Source of the DNA: an uncultured Ignavibacteriaceae bacterium
GTDB taxonomy: Bacteria > Bacteroidota > Ignavibacteria > Ignavibacteriales > Ignavibacteriaceae
Assembly (NCBI GenBank): GCA_964393605.1
Contig: CAYMUL010000018.1
Coordinates: 1,819 to 65,818, forward strand
Length of the DNA: 64,000 bases
Reading direction: 5' to 3'
The notes under the pieces were generated by a model. The model did no database searches and had not been told where the DNA came from. It worked only from the letters and a program-made list of their open reading frames with translations. The position numbers and the translations under genes were made by a program. How positions within the stretch are numbered: position 1 is the first letter of the stretch; each line of letters begins with the position of its first letter. Shown piece after piece: positions 9,483 through 19,351 of this stretch.

Positions 9483-10154
9483 TCACTGCTTCCACGATTT
9501 TGGAGCGATTAAAACTACGAATTCACCTTTCGGTTTTTTCTCTTTAAAATGTTCGATTAACTGCTGCGGCGTTCCCGAAATTCTTTCCTCAAACATTTTT
9601 GTAATCTCACGACAAATTACGATATACCTTTCGCTGTCATGTATCAAAATTTCGTTCAATAGTTTTTCAATTCTATAAGTTGATTCGTAAAGGATGATCG
9701 TTCTATCTTCTTGAAGAAGCGAAAGAATTTTTTTCTGTCTTCCTTTTTTTTGGGGAAGAAATCCTTCGAAGATGAACGAATCAGTCGGCAAACCGGAAAT
9801 CGAAAGAGCCGCTACAGATGCGGTTGCACCGGGGATAGCTGATACACTTATTCCTTCTTTTAAAACTGCATTTACAAGTCTTCCGCCGGGATCGGAAATG
9901 GTTGGAGTTCCCGCATCGCTCACTAAAGCAATATTTAATCCACTTTTTAATTTCTCTATAACTACATCGATAAATTTGCTTTCATTAAATGCATTCAAAG
10001 CGAAAAGCGGTTTTGAAATTTCGTAATGCTTGAGAAGAACGGAAGTTACTCTTTTATCTTCACAAATAATTTCATCAACCGAGCGCAACGTTTCGAGCGC
10101 ACGGAGTGTGATATCTTTTAAATTACCGATTGGAGTGCTGACGATGTAAAGCAT
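9483..10154 (-). CDS. rsmI: 16S rRNA (cytidine1402-2'-O)-methyltransferase
   Basis: MLYIVSTPIGNLKDITLRALETL and SDAGTPTISDPG, tetrapyrrole-methylase fold. 223 aa. Confidence 0.9.
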   Translation of the reverse strand: MLYIVSTPIGNLKDITLRALETLRSVDEIICEDKRVTSVLLKHYEISKPLFALNAFNESKFIDVVIEKLKSGLNIALVSDAGTPTISDPGGRLVNAVLKEGISVSAIPGATASVAALSISGLPTDSFIFEGFLPQKKGRQKKILSLLQEDRTIILYESTYRIEKLLNEILIHDSERYIVICREITKMFEERISGTPQQLIEHFKEKKPKGEFVVLIAPKSWKQ

Positions 10155-10171
10155 GTTATTTAAAACTATTA

Positions 10172-10191
10172 CGGCTCCGCAATTGGAGCCG
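10172..10191 (-). terminator. candidate hairpin terminator downstream of lat
   Basis: cggctcc (10172-10178) pairs with ggagccg (10185-10191) around a 6-nt loop. On the minus strand only a weak U-tract follows (uaauaguuuu). Confidence 0.4.
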
Positions 10192-10217
10192 CATAGTGCA
10201 AGTAGTTAATTAATTTG

Positions 10218-11579
10218 TTATTTATTACGAAGCGAAAATAAAACATTCTCGATTATTTTCAATCCTTTGTTTAAATCATTTTGAGTAATATTCAAAGGTG
10301 TGCGGAAACGGATTGATGTGATACCGCAGCCAAGAATTATGAGATGTTGTTTATGCGCTTGCGAAAGAAATTCTTTTCTAATATCTCCGTTCGGCATGTC
10401 GAATGCGCACATCAGCCCTTTACCTCTTGCATTTGAAACGAGAGTCGGAAAATCTTTCTGAAGTTGTTGTAATCTGTTAATTAAAAACTCACCTTGAGTC
10501 GCAACATTATCAAGAATATTTTCTTCTTCATAAATCTCAAGATATTTTCCGGCGCGCGCCATGTCAATCAAGTTTCCCCCCCAGGTTGAATTGATACGGC
10601 TCGGCTTTCTGAAACAGTGCTCTTCAACATCATCAATTCTGTCGCTCACCATGATTCCGCAAGTCTGTGCTTTCTTTCCGAAAGAAATTATATCGGGATA
10701 AACATAATGCTCGGAAGCCCACATTTTACCGGTGATTCCCATTCCTGTTTGAACTTCATCAAACATTAAAAGAATCTCATTCTCATCGGCGATTTGTCGA
10801 AGTTTCAAGAAAAATTCTTTGCGGAAATAATTATCTCCGCCTTCGGCTTGAATCGGCTCAAGTATAATTACGGCAATGTCATCTTTATTCTGTTTTATCG
10901 CCGCATAAATTTGATCGACTGCTTTTTCTTCCGCTTTAATTACTTCACTCAAACTTTGTTCGAGCGGAAAAGTAATTTTTGGATTGTCAATTCTCGGCCA
11001 TGGAAATTTCGGAAAGTAATTTACTTTATTCAGATCGGTGTTAGTTAAAGAAAGAGTGTAACCTGTTCTGCCATGAAATGCTTCTTTGAAGTGAATGACT
11101 TGATGTCCTTTTTCTTCTTTGTAACCTTTCTTAAAATTCTTTTGAACTTTCCAATCGAAGGCAACTTTAAGTCCATTCTCCACACCAACCGAACCGCCGG
11201 AAACGAAGAATAGATATTTGAAGTGTGCCGGTTTTGCAATTCTGCCGAAAGCATCCACAAACTCCGCCATGTAAGTTGTGAAGATGTCTGAATTTGAAGG
11301 CTTGTTCAACGCGATGTCAGAAACCTTCTGCCTGAATTCCGGAGTTGAAAGTTTTGGGTGATTCATCCCGAGCGGGGAAGATGCAAAGAAAGAAAAGAAG
11401 TCGATATATTCATCTCCGTTTCTTTCGTCAATAAAAGTAGAACCATGGCTGTTCCGAAGATCGAGAACAAAATCAAATCCATCCACGAGCATATATTTCC
11501 TTAAAGTGTCGTGAACTAATTTCGGTTCGATATTTACAGTGTAATTAATGTCTGTTTCATTTATAAATGTGGTGTTCAT
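10218..11579 (-). CDS. lat: L-lysine 6-transaminase (lysine epsilon-aminotransferase)
   Basis: Long collinear matches to my recollection of mycobacterial/Flavobacterium Lat: MLVDGFDFVLDL, ALNKPSNSD, AFHGRTGYTLSLTN, FPKFPWPRIDNP, IILEPIQAEGGD, FDEVQTG, SFGKK, NSTWGGNL, RGKGLMCAF. Confidence 0.85.
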   Translation of the reverse strand: MNTTFINETDINYTVNIEPKLVHDTLRKYMLVDGFDFVLDLRNSHGSTFIDERNGDEYIDFFSFFASSPLGMNHPKLSTPEFRQKVSDIALNKPSNSDIFTTYMAEFVDAFGRIAKPAHFKYLFFVSGGSVGVENGLKVAFDWKVQKNFKKGYKEEKGHQVIHFKEAFHGRTGYTLSLTNTDLNKVNYFPKFPWPRIDNPKITFPLEQSLSEVIKAEEKAVDQIYAAIKQNKDDIAVIILEPIQAEGGDNYFRKEFFLKLRQIADENEILLMFDEVQTGMGITGKMWASEHYVYPDIISFGKKAQTCGIMVSDRIDDVEEHCFRKPSRINSTWGGNLIDMARAGKYLEIYEEENILDNVATQGEFLINRLQQLQKDFPTLVSNARGKGLMCAFDMPNGDIRKEFLSQAHKQHLIILGCGITSIRFRTPLNITQNDLNKGLKIIENVLFSLRNK

Positions 11580-11785
11580 TATTTCCTCTCTTAATTAATA
11601 TTTAGTGTTGATTAAAGCTAAAAAAGAGGGAAGTTTTAAAACACGTTTTCAAACCTCGAAACGAGATAACTCCGCAGCGCTCTGGATAGTATTTTTTTCA
11701 TGTTTGAATTATTTTCACTGTTTTTGTTTAGTATTCTTCAAGACATCTGATCGAATTAATTTATCAGACTCTAACTAAGATTTGG

Positions 11786-11806
11786 TATATTTGCGGCTCA
11801 AATATA
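11786..11806. promoter_or_regulatory. perfect 8-5-8 palindrome TATATTTG-cggct-CAAATATA in the lat/pcd divergent region (back-to-back -7 boxes or an operator)
   Basis: tatatttg at 11786-11793 and its exact reverse complement at 11799-11806. The palindrome ends 18 nt before the pcd ATG (11825). Confidence 0.4.
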
Positions 11807-11824
11807 AAAAAAATTGAGGAGAAA

Positions 11825-13357
11825 ATGGATTTCTTAAAAGCATTAAAAATTGAAAAAAATAATTACGGATCTTCTACCGGATTGGAATGGGGAAATACTT
11901 CCAATAGCGGTGAATTAAAAATTTATAGCCCGACAAACGGCGAGTTCATTGGCTCGGTATTTCAAGCCTCGGAGCAAGATCATAACAATATCATTGAAAA
12001 AGCTAAAGATGCATTTGTCCAGTGGCGCGCAACTCCGGCTCCAAAGCGCGGCGAAGTTGTTCGACAAATCGGTTTGAAGCTTCGCGAATATAAAGAACCT
12101 CTCGGAAAACTTGTCTCTTACGAAATGGGAAAATCTCTGCAGGAAGGTTTAGGTGAAGTTCAGGAAATGATTGATATCTGTGACTTTGCAACCGGTTTAT
12201 CACGACAATTTTATGGTTTAACAATGCAATCGGAAAGACCATCTCACAGAATGTATGAGCAATGGCATCCGCTCGGAATTGTTTGCACGATTTCGGCTTT
12301 CAATTTCCCGGTCGCTGTTTGGTCATGGAACGCAATGATTGCCTCAGTTTGTGGAGATGTGAATCTTTGGAAACCTTCTTCAAAAGTACCTCTCTCAGCA
12401 ATTGCAACTCAGAATATAATAGCCGATGTGCTCCGTGAAAATAATATTCCCGAAGGAGTCTTCTCCTTAATTATTGGGAAAGGGTCCACGATTGGCGAAA
12501 TGATTTTGAATGATCACAATATTCCGATGGTTTCCGTTACCGGCTCAACTCCGGTTGGTCGCCATGCCGCAGAAGTCGTTTCAAAAAGATTCGGACGGAC
12601 TATTTTAGAACTTGGCGGAAATAATGCAATAATCATTACTGAAAATGCAGACTTAAAATTAGCAGTGCCGGCGGTAGTTTTCGGCGCGGTGGGAACTGCA
12701 GGACAAAGATGCACTTCCACACGAAGATTAATCGTTCATAAAAATATTTATGATAAAGTTAAAGATGTAATTGTCTCCGCATACAAAAGTTTAAAAATTG
12801 GAGACCCTCTCGATCAAAATAATCATGTTGGACCATTGATTGATAAATCCGCAGTAAAAAGTTTTACTGCCGCGCTTGAGGAAGTAAAAAAGTCCGGCGG
12901 AAATATTCTTTTCGGTGGAGAAGTTCTTTCAGGAATAGGATATGAGAGCGGATGTTATGTTGTTCCTGCAATTGTTGAAGCGGAGAATAGTTATCCGATA
13001 GTTCAAGAAGAAACTTTTGCTCCGATTTTATATCTCCTAAAATATTCCGGCGAAGTTGAAAACGCCATCGAAATTCAGAATGGTGTAAAGCAAGGTTTGT
13101 CGTCTGCAATCTTCACACAAAACTTAATTGAAGCCGAAACATATTTATCTGCGTGGGGTTCGGATTGCGGAATTGCAAACGTGAACATCGGAACGAGCGG
13201 TGCTGAAATTGGCGGAGCGTTTGGCGGTGAAAAAGAAACCGGTGCCGGCAGAGAATCCGGTTCCGATTCATGGAAAGCTTACATGCGTCGACAAACTAAC
13301 ACAATCAATTTCGGTAAAACACTTCCTTTAGCTCAAGGGATTAAGTTCAACCTTTAA
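11825..13357 (+). CDS. pcd: ALDH7-type aldehyde dehydrogenase, probable piperideine-6-carboxylate / alpha-aminoadipic semialdehyde dehydrogenase
   Basis: 510 aa. ALDH motifs FNFPVAVWSWN, ELGGNNA and GTAGQRCTS (catalytic Cys). GGAG SD upstream. Divergently paired with lat, as in known lat-pcd loci. Confidence 0.75.
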   Translation: MDFLKALKIEKNNYGSSTGLEWGNTSNSGELKIYSPTNGEFIGSVFQASEQDHNNIIEKAKDAFVQWRATPAPKRGEVVRQIGLKLREYKEPLGKLVSYEMGKSLQEGLGEVQEMIDICDFATGLSRQFYGLTMQSERPSHRMYEQWHPLGIVCTISAFNFPVAVWSWNAMIASVCGDVNLWKPSSKVPLSAIATQNIIADVLRENNIPEGVFSLIIGKGSTIGEMILNDHNIPMVSVTGSTPVGRHAAEVVSKRFGRTILELGGNNAIIITENADLKLAVPAVVFGAVGTAGQRCTSTRRLIVHKNIYDKVKDVIVSAYKSLKIGDPLDQNNHVGPLIDKSAVKSFTAALEEVKKSGGNILFGGEVLSGIGYESGCYVVPAIVEAENSYPIVQEETFAPILYLLKYSGEVENAIEIQNGVKQGLSSAIFTQNLIEAETYLSAWGSDCGIANVNIGTSGAEIGGAFGGEKETGAGRESGSDSWKAYMRRQTNTINFGKTLPLAQGIKFNL

Positions 13358-13376
13358 TTCATCAATTGATAATTTT

Positions 13377-13413
13377 AGAGAACTTCTGAAGGTTTTCATT
13401 TTAGAGGTTCTCT
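13377..13413 (+). terminator. candidate hairpin terminator after pcd
   Basis: agagaacttct (13377-13387) pairs with agaggttctct (13403-13413) at 10 of 11 positions around a 15-nt loop. The T-tract is poor. Confidence 0.4.
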
Positions 13414-13457
13414 TCATATATTGAAACACAAAAAATTTTAATCAGGATTTTTATTTA

Positions 13458-14861
13458 ATGCCAAAAGAATATGAAATTGCAATTTTAGGCGGCGGACCGG
13501 GAGGCTACGTTGCCGCTATCAGAGCCGCACAACTTGGTTTCAAACTTGTTGTAATCGATAAAGATAATTTGGGCGGCGTCTGTCTGAATTGGGGGTGCAT
13601 CCCGACTAAATCACTTCTCAAAAATGCTGAGTTGTTCGATGCAATTAAAAATCATTCTTCAGATTTCGGTATCACTGCAAAGGATGTTTCATTCGACTTC
13701 AACAAAATTATAAAACGAAGCAGAGATATTTCAGAACGGATTTCAAAAAATGTTGAAATGCTGATTAAGAAAAATAAAGTCGATCGAATTCGCGGCTTAG
13801 GAACTTTCATCTCTAATAATGAAATTGAAGTTACCGATAGCGATGGAAAACTAATTGACACAATCAAAGCCGATAAGATTGTAATTGCTACCGGCGCACG
13901 AACAAGGCAGGTTCCGCAGATTCCAATCGATCGTAAAAATATTATTACAAGTTCGGAAGCAATGACTTTGGAAAAACTTCCGAAAGAAATGATAATCATC
14001 GGCGCAGGCGCAATCGGAATTGAGTTCGCATATTTTTATTCTGTGCTCGGAACAAAAGTTAAAGTTATCGAAATGATGAAAAATATTCTTCCAATCGAAG
14101 ATGAAGAAGTTTCGGTTCTTCTCGAAAAGAATTTTAGAAAGAGGGGAGTGGATATTTTCACAAACGCTTCCGTTGAAAACGCTGTTGCATCGGAAAAAGG
14201 AGTGAAAGTTACAATCAATAAAAACGGCGAGAAGAAAGAACTGAAAGCAGATGTAGCTCTTTGTGCAATCGGCGTTCAAGGTAATATTGAAAATATCGGT
14301 TTAGAAAAAATTGGCATTGAACTTTTTAAAGGTTATATCAAAGTCGATAAATCAAATTATCAAACGAATGTGCCGGGCATTTATGCTATCGGTGATGTAA
14401 TCGGACCGCCATGGCTTGCGCATGTTGCATCTTCGGAAGCGATTCACTGCATCGAAACTATTAAAGGATTGCACTCATCTCCAATCGATTATTCGAGCAT
14501 TCCCGGTTGTACATATTGCCAGCCACAAGTTGCAAGTATCGGTTTAACGGAAAGCAAAGCGAGAGAAAAAGGTTATGAAATTAAAATCGGCAAGTTTCCT
14601 TTCATGGCTTCAGGAAAAGCATTTGCAATCGGTGAGCGTGAAGGATTTGTCAAACTTGTTTTTGATGCAAAGTATGGTGAACTACTTGGCGCACACATCA
14701 TCGGTTCTGAAGCGACTGAAATGATTGCCGAATTGGGTATTGCAAAATCTTTAGAAGCTACCCCCGAATCGATTATCAAAACTATTCATGCACACCCAAC
14801 TTTATCCGAATCAGTAATGGAAGCCGCCGCACAAGCTTATGGCGAAGCAATTCACATCTAA
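13458..14861 (+). CDS. lpdA: dihydrolipoyl dehydrogenase (E3)
   Basis: GGGPGGYVAAIRAAQLG (FAD), redox disulfide GGVCLNWGCIPTK, C-terminal HAHPTLSE. Confidence 0.92.
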   Translation: MPKEYEIAILGGGPGGYVAAIRAAQLGFKLVVIDKDNLGGVCLNWGCIPTKSLLKNAELFDAIKNHSSDFGITAKDVSFDFNKIIKRSRDISERISKNVEMLIKKNKVDRIRGLGTFISNNEIEVTDSDGKLIDTIKADKIVIATGARTRQVPQIPIDRKNIITSSEAMTLEKLPKEMIIIGAGAIGIEFAYFYSVLGTKVKVIEMMKNILPIEDEEVSVLLEKNFRKRGVDIFTNASVENAVASEKGVKVTINKNGEKKELKADVALCAIGVQGNIENIGLEKIGIELFKGYIKVDKSNYQTNVPGIYAIGDVIGPPWLAHVASSEAIHCIETIKGLHSSPIDYSSIPGCTYCQPQVASIGLTESKAREKGYEIKIGKFPFMASGKAFAIGEREGFVKLVFDAKYGELLGAHIIGSEATEMIAELGIAKSLEATPESIIKTIHAHPTLSESVMEAAAQAYGEAIHI

Positions 14862-14862
14862 A

Positions 14863-15549
14863 ATGCTGAACTACCTGAACATTCCATCTATTGCCTATGC
14901 CGATGCATGGAAATTGCAAAAGCAAATATTTGATGACGTTGTCGCGGGCAATGTTGTCGATACTTTTATCATGCTCGAACATGATCACACTTACACACTC
15001 GGAAAAGTTGCGGATAAAAAAAATCTCCTCGCGAGCGAATCACAACTTAAAGATGCCGGCATCAACGTTTTTGAAATCGATAGAGGTGGAGATATTACGT
15101 ATCACGGTCCGGGACAAATAGTCGGCTATCCGATTATCAACTTGAAAAATTGGAAACAGGACACACATAAATATCTGCGTGCGCTTGAGGAAGTTATCAT
15201 TCAAACATGCGCAGAATACAATATCCACGCAGGGAGAAACGAAAAGCACACCGGAGTGTGGATTAATGATAGAAAGATTGCGGCTATCGGAATTAAAGTC
15301 AGCCGTTGGGTTACGATGCACGGTTTTGCTTTTAACGTGAATACAGATTTATCTTACTTCAACGGAATTATTCCGTGTGGGATTGCCGATAAAGATGTTA
15401 CCTCGTTAAAGAAAGAATTACAGCGCGAAGTTCCAATTGAAGAAGTGAAAGAAAAAGTTCTCAAAAATTTTATCGAAATTTTTGAGTTCGACAAAATTGA
15501 ATTATTGAATTCAAATATTCGTTCCTTAAATTTTGTTCATGAAAATTAA
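14863..15549 (+). CDS. lipB: lipoyl(octanoyl) transferase
   Basis: Motifs EHDHTYTLGK, RGGDITYHGPGQIVGYP and KIAAIGIKVSRWVTMHGFAFNV. The ATG at 14863 lies just after the lpdA stop. The tracked start at 14839 would overlap lpdA by 23 nt. Confidence 0.85.
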   Translation: MLNYLNIPSIAYADAWKLQKQIFDDVVAGNVVDTFIMLEHDHTYTLGKVADKKNLLASESQLKDAGINVFEIDRGGDITYHGPGQIVGYPIINLKNWKQDTHKYLRALEEVIIQTCAEYNIHAGRNEKHTGVWINDRKIAAIGIKVSRWVTMHGFAFNVNTDLSYFNGIIPCGIADKDVTSLKKELQREVPIEEVKEKVLKNFIEIFEFDKIELLNSNIRSLNFVHEN

Positions 15550-15560
15550 GAGATTTCCTT

Positions 15561-17633
15561 TTGAAAAAAATTAAAGAAAAAGAATACAAACAGATTAAAA
15601 GTAAAGACGGATTGAACGGAAATAGTTTTAATAAAGAATTGCTCGAACGAGCTTTCCGGTTGATGTTCCTTGCCAGACAGATTGACACAAAAGCGATGAA
15701 TCTGCTTAAACAGGGTAAAACATTTTTTCATATTGCCGGCGCAGGACATGAAGGAATTCAAGCCGCAGTCGGATTGCAACTAAATTCAAAAAGTGATTGG
15801 CTCTTTCCATACTATCGCGATTTAGCATTAATACTTTCCGCCGGTGTTTCATCGTATGAATTTTTTCTTCAATGTCTCGGAAAAGCTGATGATCCTTCAG
15901 GCGGAGGAAGACAACTTCCTTGTCATTGGGGTTCGACACGAAAAATAAATTTGCCGACACAATCATCTCCGACCGGTACACAGTTTTTGCAGGCAGTTGG
16001 TGTGGCTCTTGCTATGAAGAAAGAGAATAAAAATAATTTTGTCTATGTCAGCAGCGGCGAGGGAACGACAAGTCAAGGTGAATTTCACGAAGCTGTGAAT
16101 TGGGCAAGCCGCGAAAAACTCCCCGTCATGTTTGTAATTCAGAATAATAAGTTTGCAATCTCCGTGCATGTTTCAAGTCAAAGTGGCGGAGAAGATAATT
16201 CGATTGCAGAGATGATGCGCGGGTACGCTCATCTCAAAATTATGCGAATCGACGGAACAAATTTCTTCGAATCTTTTCATGCCGTTGCCGATGCAATCAA
16301 TTATATGAAAGAGGGAAAAGGTCCTGTTCTGATTGAAGCAGATGTAGTTCGGCTTCATTCTCATTCATCGTCCGATGATCATAAAAAATATCGAAGCAAA
16401 GAGGAACTTCAGGAAGATTTGGAAAAATGTCCGATCGAATTTCTGAAAAAATATCTATTCGAAAATAAAATCTTTACCCAAGAAAAATTAACTGAAATTG
16501 AAAATGAAATCCTTGCGGAGATAAGTTCTTCAGCAGAACGCGCCGCAGAACAACCCGATCCCGATCCGAAACTTGCCGTGAATTATGTGTACGATGAGAG
16601 CGGTTTGAAAGATTCATTCAATTACGAATCGACTTTACCTGCCGGTAATAATATTGTTTTGGTTGATGCCGTCAATCATGCTTTGCACGAAGAAATGGCA
16701 GTCAATAACAAGATGTATATTTTCGGCGAGGATATTGCAGACGGCAAAGGGGGAGTCTTCACTGCAACCAAAGGACTTTCAACAAAATATGGAAGTGAGC
16801 GCGTCTTCAATTCTCCACTTGCAGAGGCGAGCATTCTCGGTGTTGCAACCGGAATGGCTTTTGCCGGTTTGCGTCCCGTTGTCGAAATTCAATTCGGCGA
16901 TTATATTTGGCCTGCATTCATGCAGATGCGAGATGAACTTGCAACAATTCGTTACCGCTCGAACAACGAATGGTTCGCGCCTGTAGTTGTTCGTACTGCT
17001 GTCGGAGGTTATATTCATGGCGGGCTTTATCATAGCCAGAATGTTGAATCAATCTTTGCTCACGTTCCGGGAATTTATGTTCTCTTTCCATCAAATGCCG
17101 CAGATGCAAAAGGATTATTGAAAACTGCAATGCGATTGAACGACCCTGTTCTCTTCTGCGAACACAAAGGTTTGTATCGACAAAGTTTTGCAATCACTCC
17201 CGAACCCGATGAAAATTATCTCGTGCCGATCGGCAAAGGAAAAATTGTTCGCGATGGAAAAGATATTACCGTAATTTCTTACGGTGCATCGCTTTGGGAT
17301 TCTGTTTTAGTTGCAAAGAAACTTGAAGATGAAGGATTCTCTGCCGAAGTGATTGACCTTCGCTCAATTATTCCTTTCGATGAAGAATTGATTTACGCAT
17401 CGGTGAAGAAAACAAACAAAGCAATTGTTGTGCATGAAGATACTTTAACTGCAGGATTCGGCGCAGAAATTGCCGCTCGAATCTCGGAAAATTGTTTCCA
17501 ACATTTAGATGGACCGGTGCGAAGAGTAGCCGCTAAAGACGCGCACGTGCCGTACAGCCCCGTTTTGGAAAATGCAATTCTTCCGACTCGCGAACAAATT
17601 TATGATGAAATAAAAAAACTTATTATGTTTTAA
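15561..17633 (+). CDS. 2-oxoacid dehydrogenase E1 component, fused alpha+beta subunits (BCKDH/PDH heterotetramer type)
   Basis: The N-terminal half carries a TPP-binding alpha-subunit pattern (VSSGEGTTSQGEFHEAVNWA). The C-terminal half is beta-like (IFGEDIADGKGGVF, NSPLAEASILG, FGDYIWPA). TTG start. Confidence 0.85.
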   Translation: MKKIKEKEYKQIKSKDGLNGNSFNKELLERAFRLMFLARQIDTKAMNLLKQGKTFFHIAGAGHEGIQAAVGLQLNSKSDWLFPYYRDLALILSAGVSSYEFFLQCLGKADDPSGGGRQLPCHWGSTRKINLPTQSSPTGTQFLQAVGVALAMKKENKNNFVYVSSGEGTTSQGEFHEAVNWASREKLPVMFVIQNNKFAISVHVSSQSGGEDNSIAEMMRGYAHLKIMRIDGTNFFESFHAVADAINYMKEGKGPVLIEADVVRLHSHSSSDDHKKYRSKEELQEDLEKCPIEFLKKYLFENKIFTQEKLTEIENEILAEISSSAERAAEQPDPDPKLAVNYVYDESGLKDSFNYESTLPAGNNIVLVDAVNHALHEEMAVNNKMYIFGEDIADGKGGVFTATKGLSTKYGSERVFNSPLAEASILGVATGMAFAGLRPVVEIQFGDYIWPAFMQMRDELATIRYRSNNEWFAPVVVRTAVGGYIHGGLYHSQNVESIFAHVPGIYVLFPSNAADAKGLLKTAMRLNDPVLFCEHKGLYRQSFAITPEPDENYLVPIGKGKIVRDGKDITVISYGASLWDSVLVAKKLEDEGFSAEVIDLRSIIPFDEELIYASVKKTNKAIVVHEDTLTAGFGAEIAARISENCFQHLDGPVRRVAAKDAHVPYSPVLENAILPTREQIYDEIKKLIMF

Positions 17634-17653
17634 TTTTTTGAATAGGACAGAAA

Positions 17654-19351
17654 ATGTTAATTGAAATTGTTATGCCGAAAATGGGTGAAAGCGTTACCGA
17701 AGGAACCATTATCAAATGGCATAAAAAAATTGGCGACGCGGTAAAGAAAGATGAAATAATTTTTGAAATCAGTACGGACAAAGTTGATACGGAAATTCCT
17801 TCGCAATCTGCCGGAACAATTGCAAAAATTCTTTTCAAAGAAGGAGAAACCGTTGAAGTTGGAAAAGTTGTTGCGATGATTGAAACAGATTCTTCCGCAA
17901 AAATTGAAACACCCGCATCATCGGTTGCACCGGAAGTAAAACTTGCGCCACAAATGGAAAAGAAAATTGATGAACCTAAAATTGAAATTGCAAAACCGTC
18001 TCCTGTTGCATCGATAGATTTTGTAAATGTTCCAATGCCGAAGATGGGGGAATCTGTTATGGAAGGCACGATTATCAAGTGGCATAAGAAAGTCGGCGAT
18101 GTTGTAAAAAAAGATGAAACGATTTTTGAAATCAGCACGGATAAAGTTGATACCGAAGTTCCTTCTCCGGCAAACGGAATTCTCGCTGAAATAATTGTGA
18201 ATGAGCAGGAAACTGTTTCGGTGGGAACGATCGTTGCAAAAATTTCTACGCAAGGCAAAGTTGTTCCGCACGAAGCACAAACTATTTCTGCGCATGATCA
18301 AATTGCGGCAACCGTAAATGCGCAGGTTGAACCTTCTTCTCCAAAATTTGAAACACCGAAAATGGATTCTCAAAAAATTATTGAAGAGATAAAAGAAAAA
18401 GGATCGAAATTTTATTCTCCGCTTGTAATGAACATTGCGCAAAAAGAAAATGTAACTTTTCAAGAATTGGAAACTATCACAGGTACAGGTCTCGGCGGGA
18501 GAGTTTCGAAGAATGATATTCTTGCATACATCGCTAACCGCGCGGCAAATAGAGTTCAAACAGAAATTGCAAAACCAACTCAGCCGCAACCAAAGCCCGC
18601 GCCTTCATTCACGCTTCCACCAATCTCACAAAAATTTGAAGCGGGAAAAATTGAACAAATCCCGATGGATAATATTCGACAGAAAATTATGTATCACATG
18701 GTCAATAGCCGCGATACTTCGGTGCATGTTTCTGCTGTCGTCGAAGTTGATATGTCCGCAGTTCATAATTTTATGACGGCGAACAAAGAAAAATATTTGA
18801 GAGAAAGCGGAATAAAGTTGACGTACATGGCGTTCATTTCGAACGCAGTCGTAAAAGTGCTGCAACAACATTCGCTTGTGAATTCTTCAATTGACGGAAG
18901 CAATATCAACATAAAAAAATATGTAAATCTCGGAATTGCAGTTGCAATCGAGCCGAATGGATTGATTGTTCCCAACATAAAAAATGCTCACGAAAAAAAT
19001 GTTCTCGGTCTGGCAAAAGGAATTGCAGAACTTGCAGAGAAAGCACGTACAAAAAAATTATCTCCCGATGATATAATGGGAGGAACATTCACAATTACAA
19101 ATTACGGTTCGTTCGGAACGATAATCGGAACTCCGATAATTAATCAACCCGAAGTTGCAATACTTGGTGTAGGCGCAATTACCAAGCGTCCCGTAGTCAT
19201 GGAAGTGAACGGCACGGATACTATTGCAATCAAACCGATGATGTATTTAACACTTGCGCACGATCATCGTTTGGTTGACGGAATGCTCGGAGGTTTGTTC
19301 TTAAAATCCGTAAAAGAAAATTTAGAAAATTTTAATCCGGCAAGTTTGTAA
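17654..19351 (+). CDS. 2-oxoacid dehydrogenase E2 dihydrolipoamide acyltransferase with two tandem lipoyl domains
   Basis: Two copies of MPKMGESV.EGTIIKWHKK.GD.VKKDE.IFEISTDKVDTE (lipoyl-Lys in TDKV). E3-binding segment SPLVMNIAQKENV...GTGLGGRVSKNDI. Catalytic DHRLVDG. Confidence 0.92.
   Translation: MLIEIVMPKMGESVTEGTIIKWHKKIGDAVKKDEIIFEISTDKVDTEIPSQSAGTIAKILFKEGETVEVGKVVAMIETDSSAKIETPASSVAPEVKLAPQMEKKIDEPKIEIAKPSPVASIDFVNVPMPKMGESVMEGTIIKWHKKVGDVVKKDETIFEISTDKVDTEVPSPANGILAEIIVNEQETVSVGTIVAKISTQGKVVPHEAQTISAHDQIAATVNAQVEPSSPKFETPKMDSQKIIEEIKEKGSKFYSPLVMNIAQKENVTFQELETITGTGLGGRVSKNDILAYIANRAANRVQTEIAKPTQPQPKPAPSFTLPPISQKFEAGKIEQIPMDNIRQKIMYHMVNSRDTSVHVSAVVEVDMSAVHNFMTANKEKYLRESGIKLTYMAFISNAVVKVLQQHSLVNSSIDGSNINIKKYVNLGIAVAIEPNGLIVPNIKNAHEKNVLGLAKGIAELAEKARTKKLSPDDIMGGTFTITNYGSFGTIIGTPIINQPEVAILGVGAITKRPVVMEVNGTDTIAIKPMMYLTLAHDHRLVDGMLGGLFLKSVKENLENFNPASL

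Noticed and set aside
11580-11824. Lysine (L-box) riboswitch in the lat leader
   Set aside because: Only short local hairpins are present. I could not trace the five-helix L-box architecture or its conserved junction sequences on either strand.
17623-18589. Long antisense ORFs of 211 aa (17623-18258) and 223 aa (17918-18589) opposite the E2 gene
   Set aside because: They lie entirely inside a strongly supported E2 acyltransferase gene. Their sequences are low-complexity (S/T/I/F-rich and R/N/F-rich). They are explained by the duplicated lipoyl domain and AT-rich codon usage.
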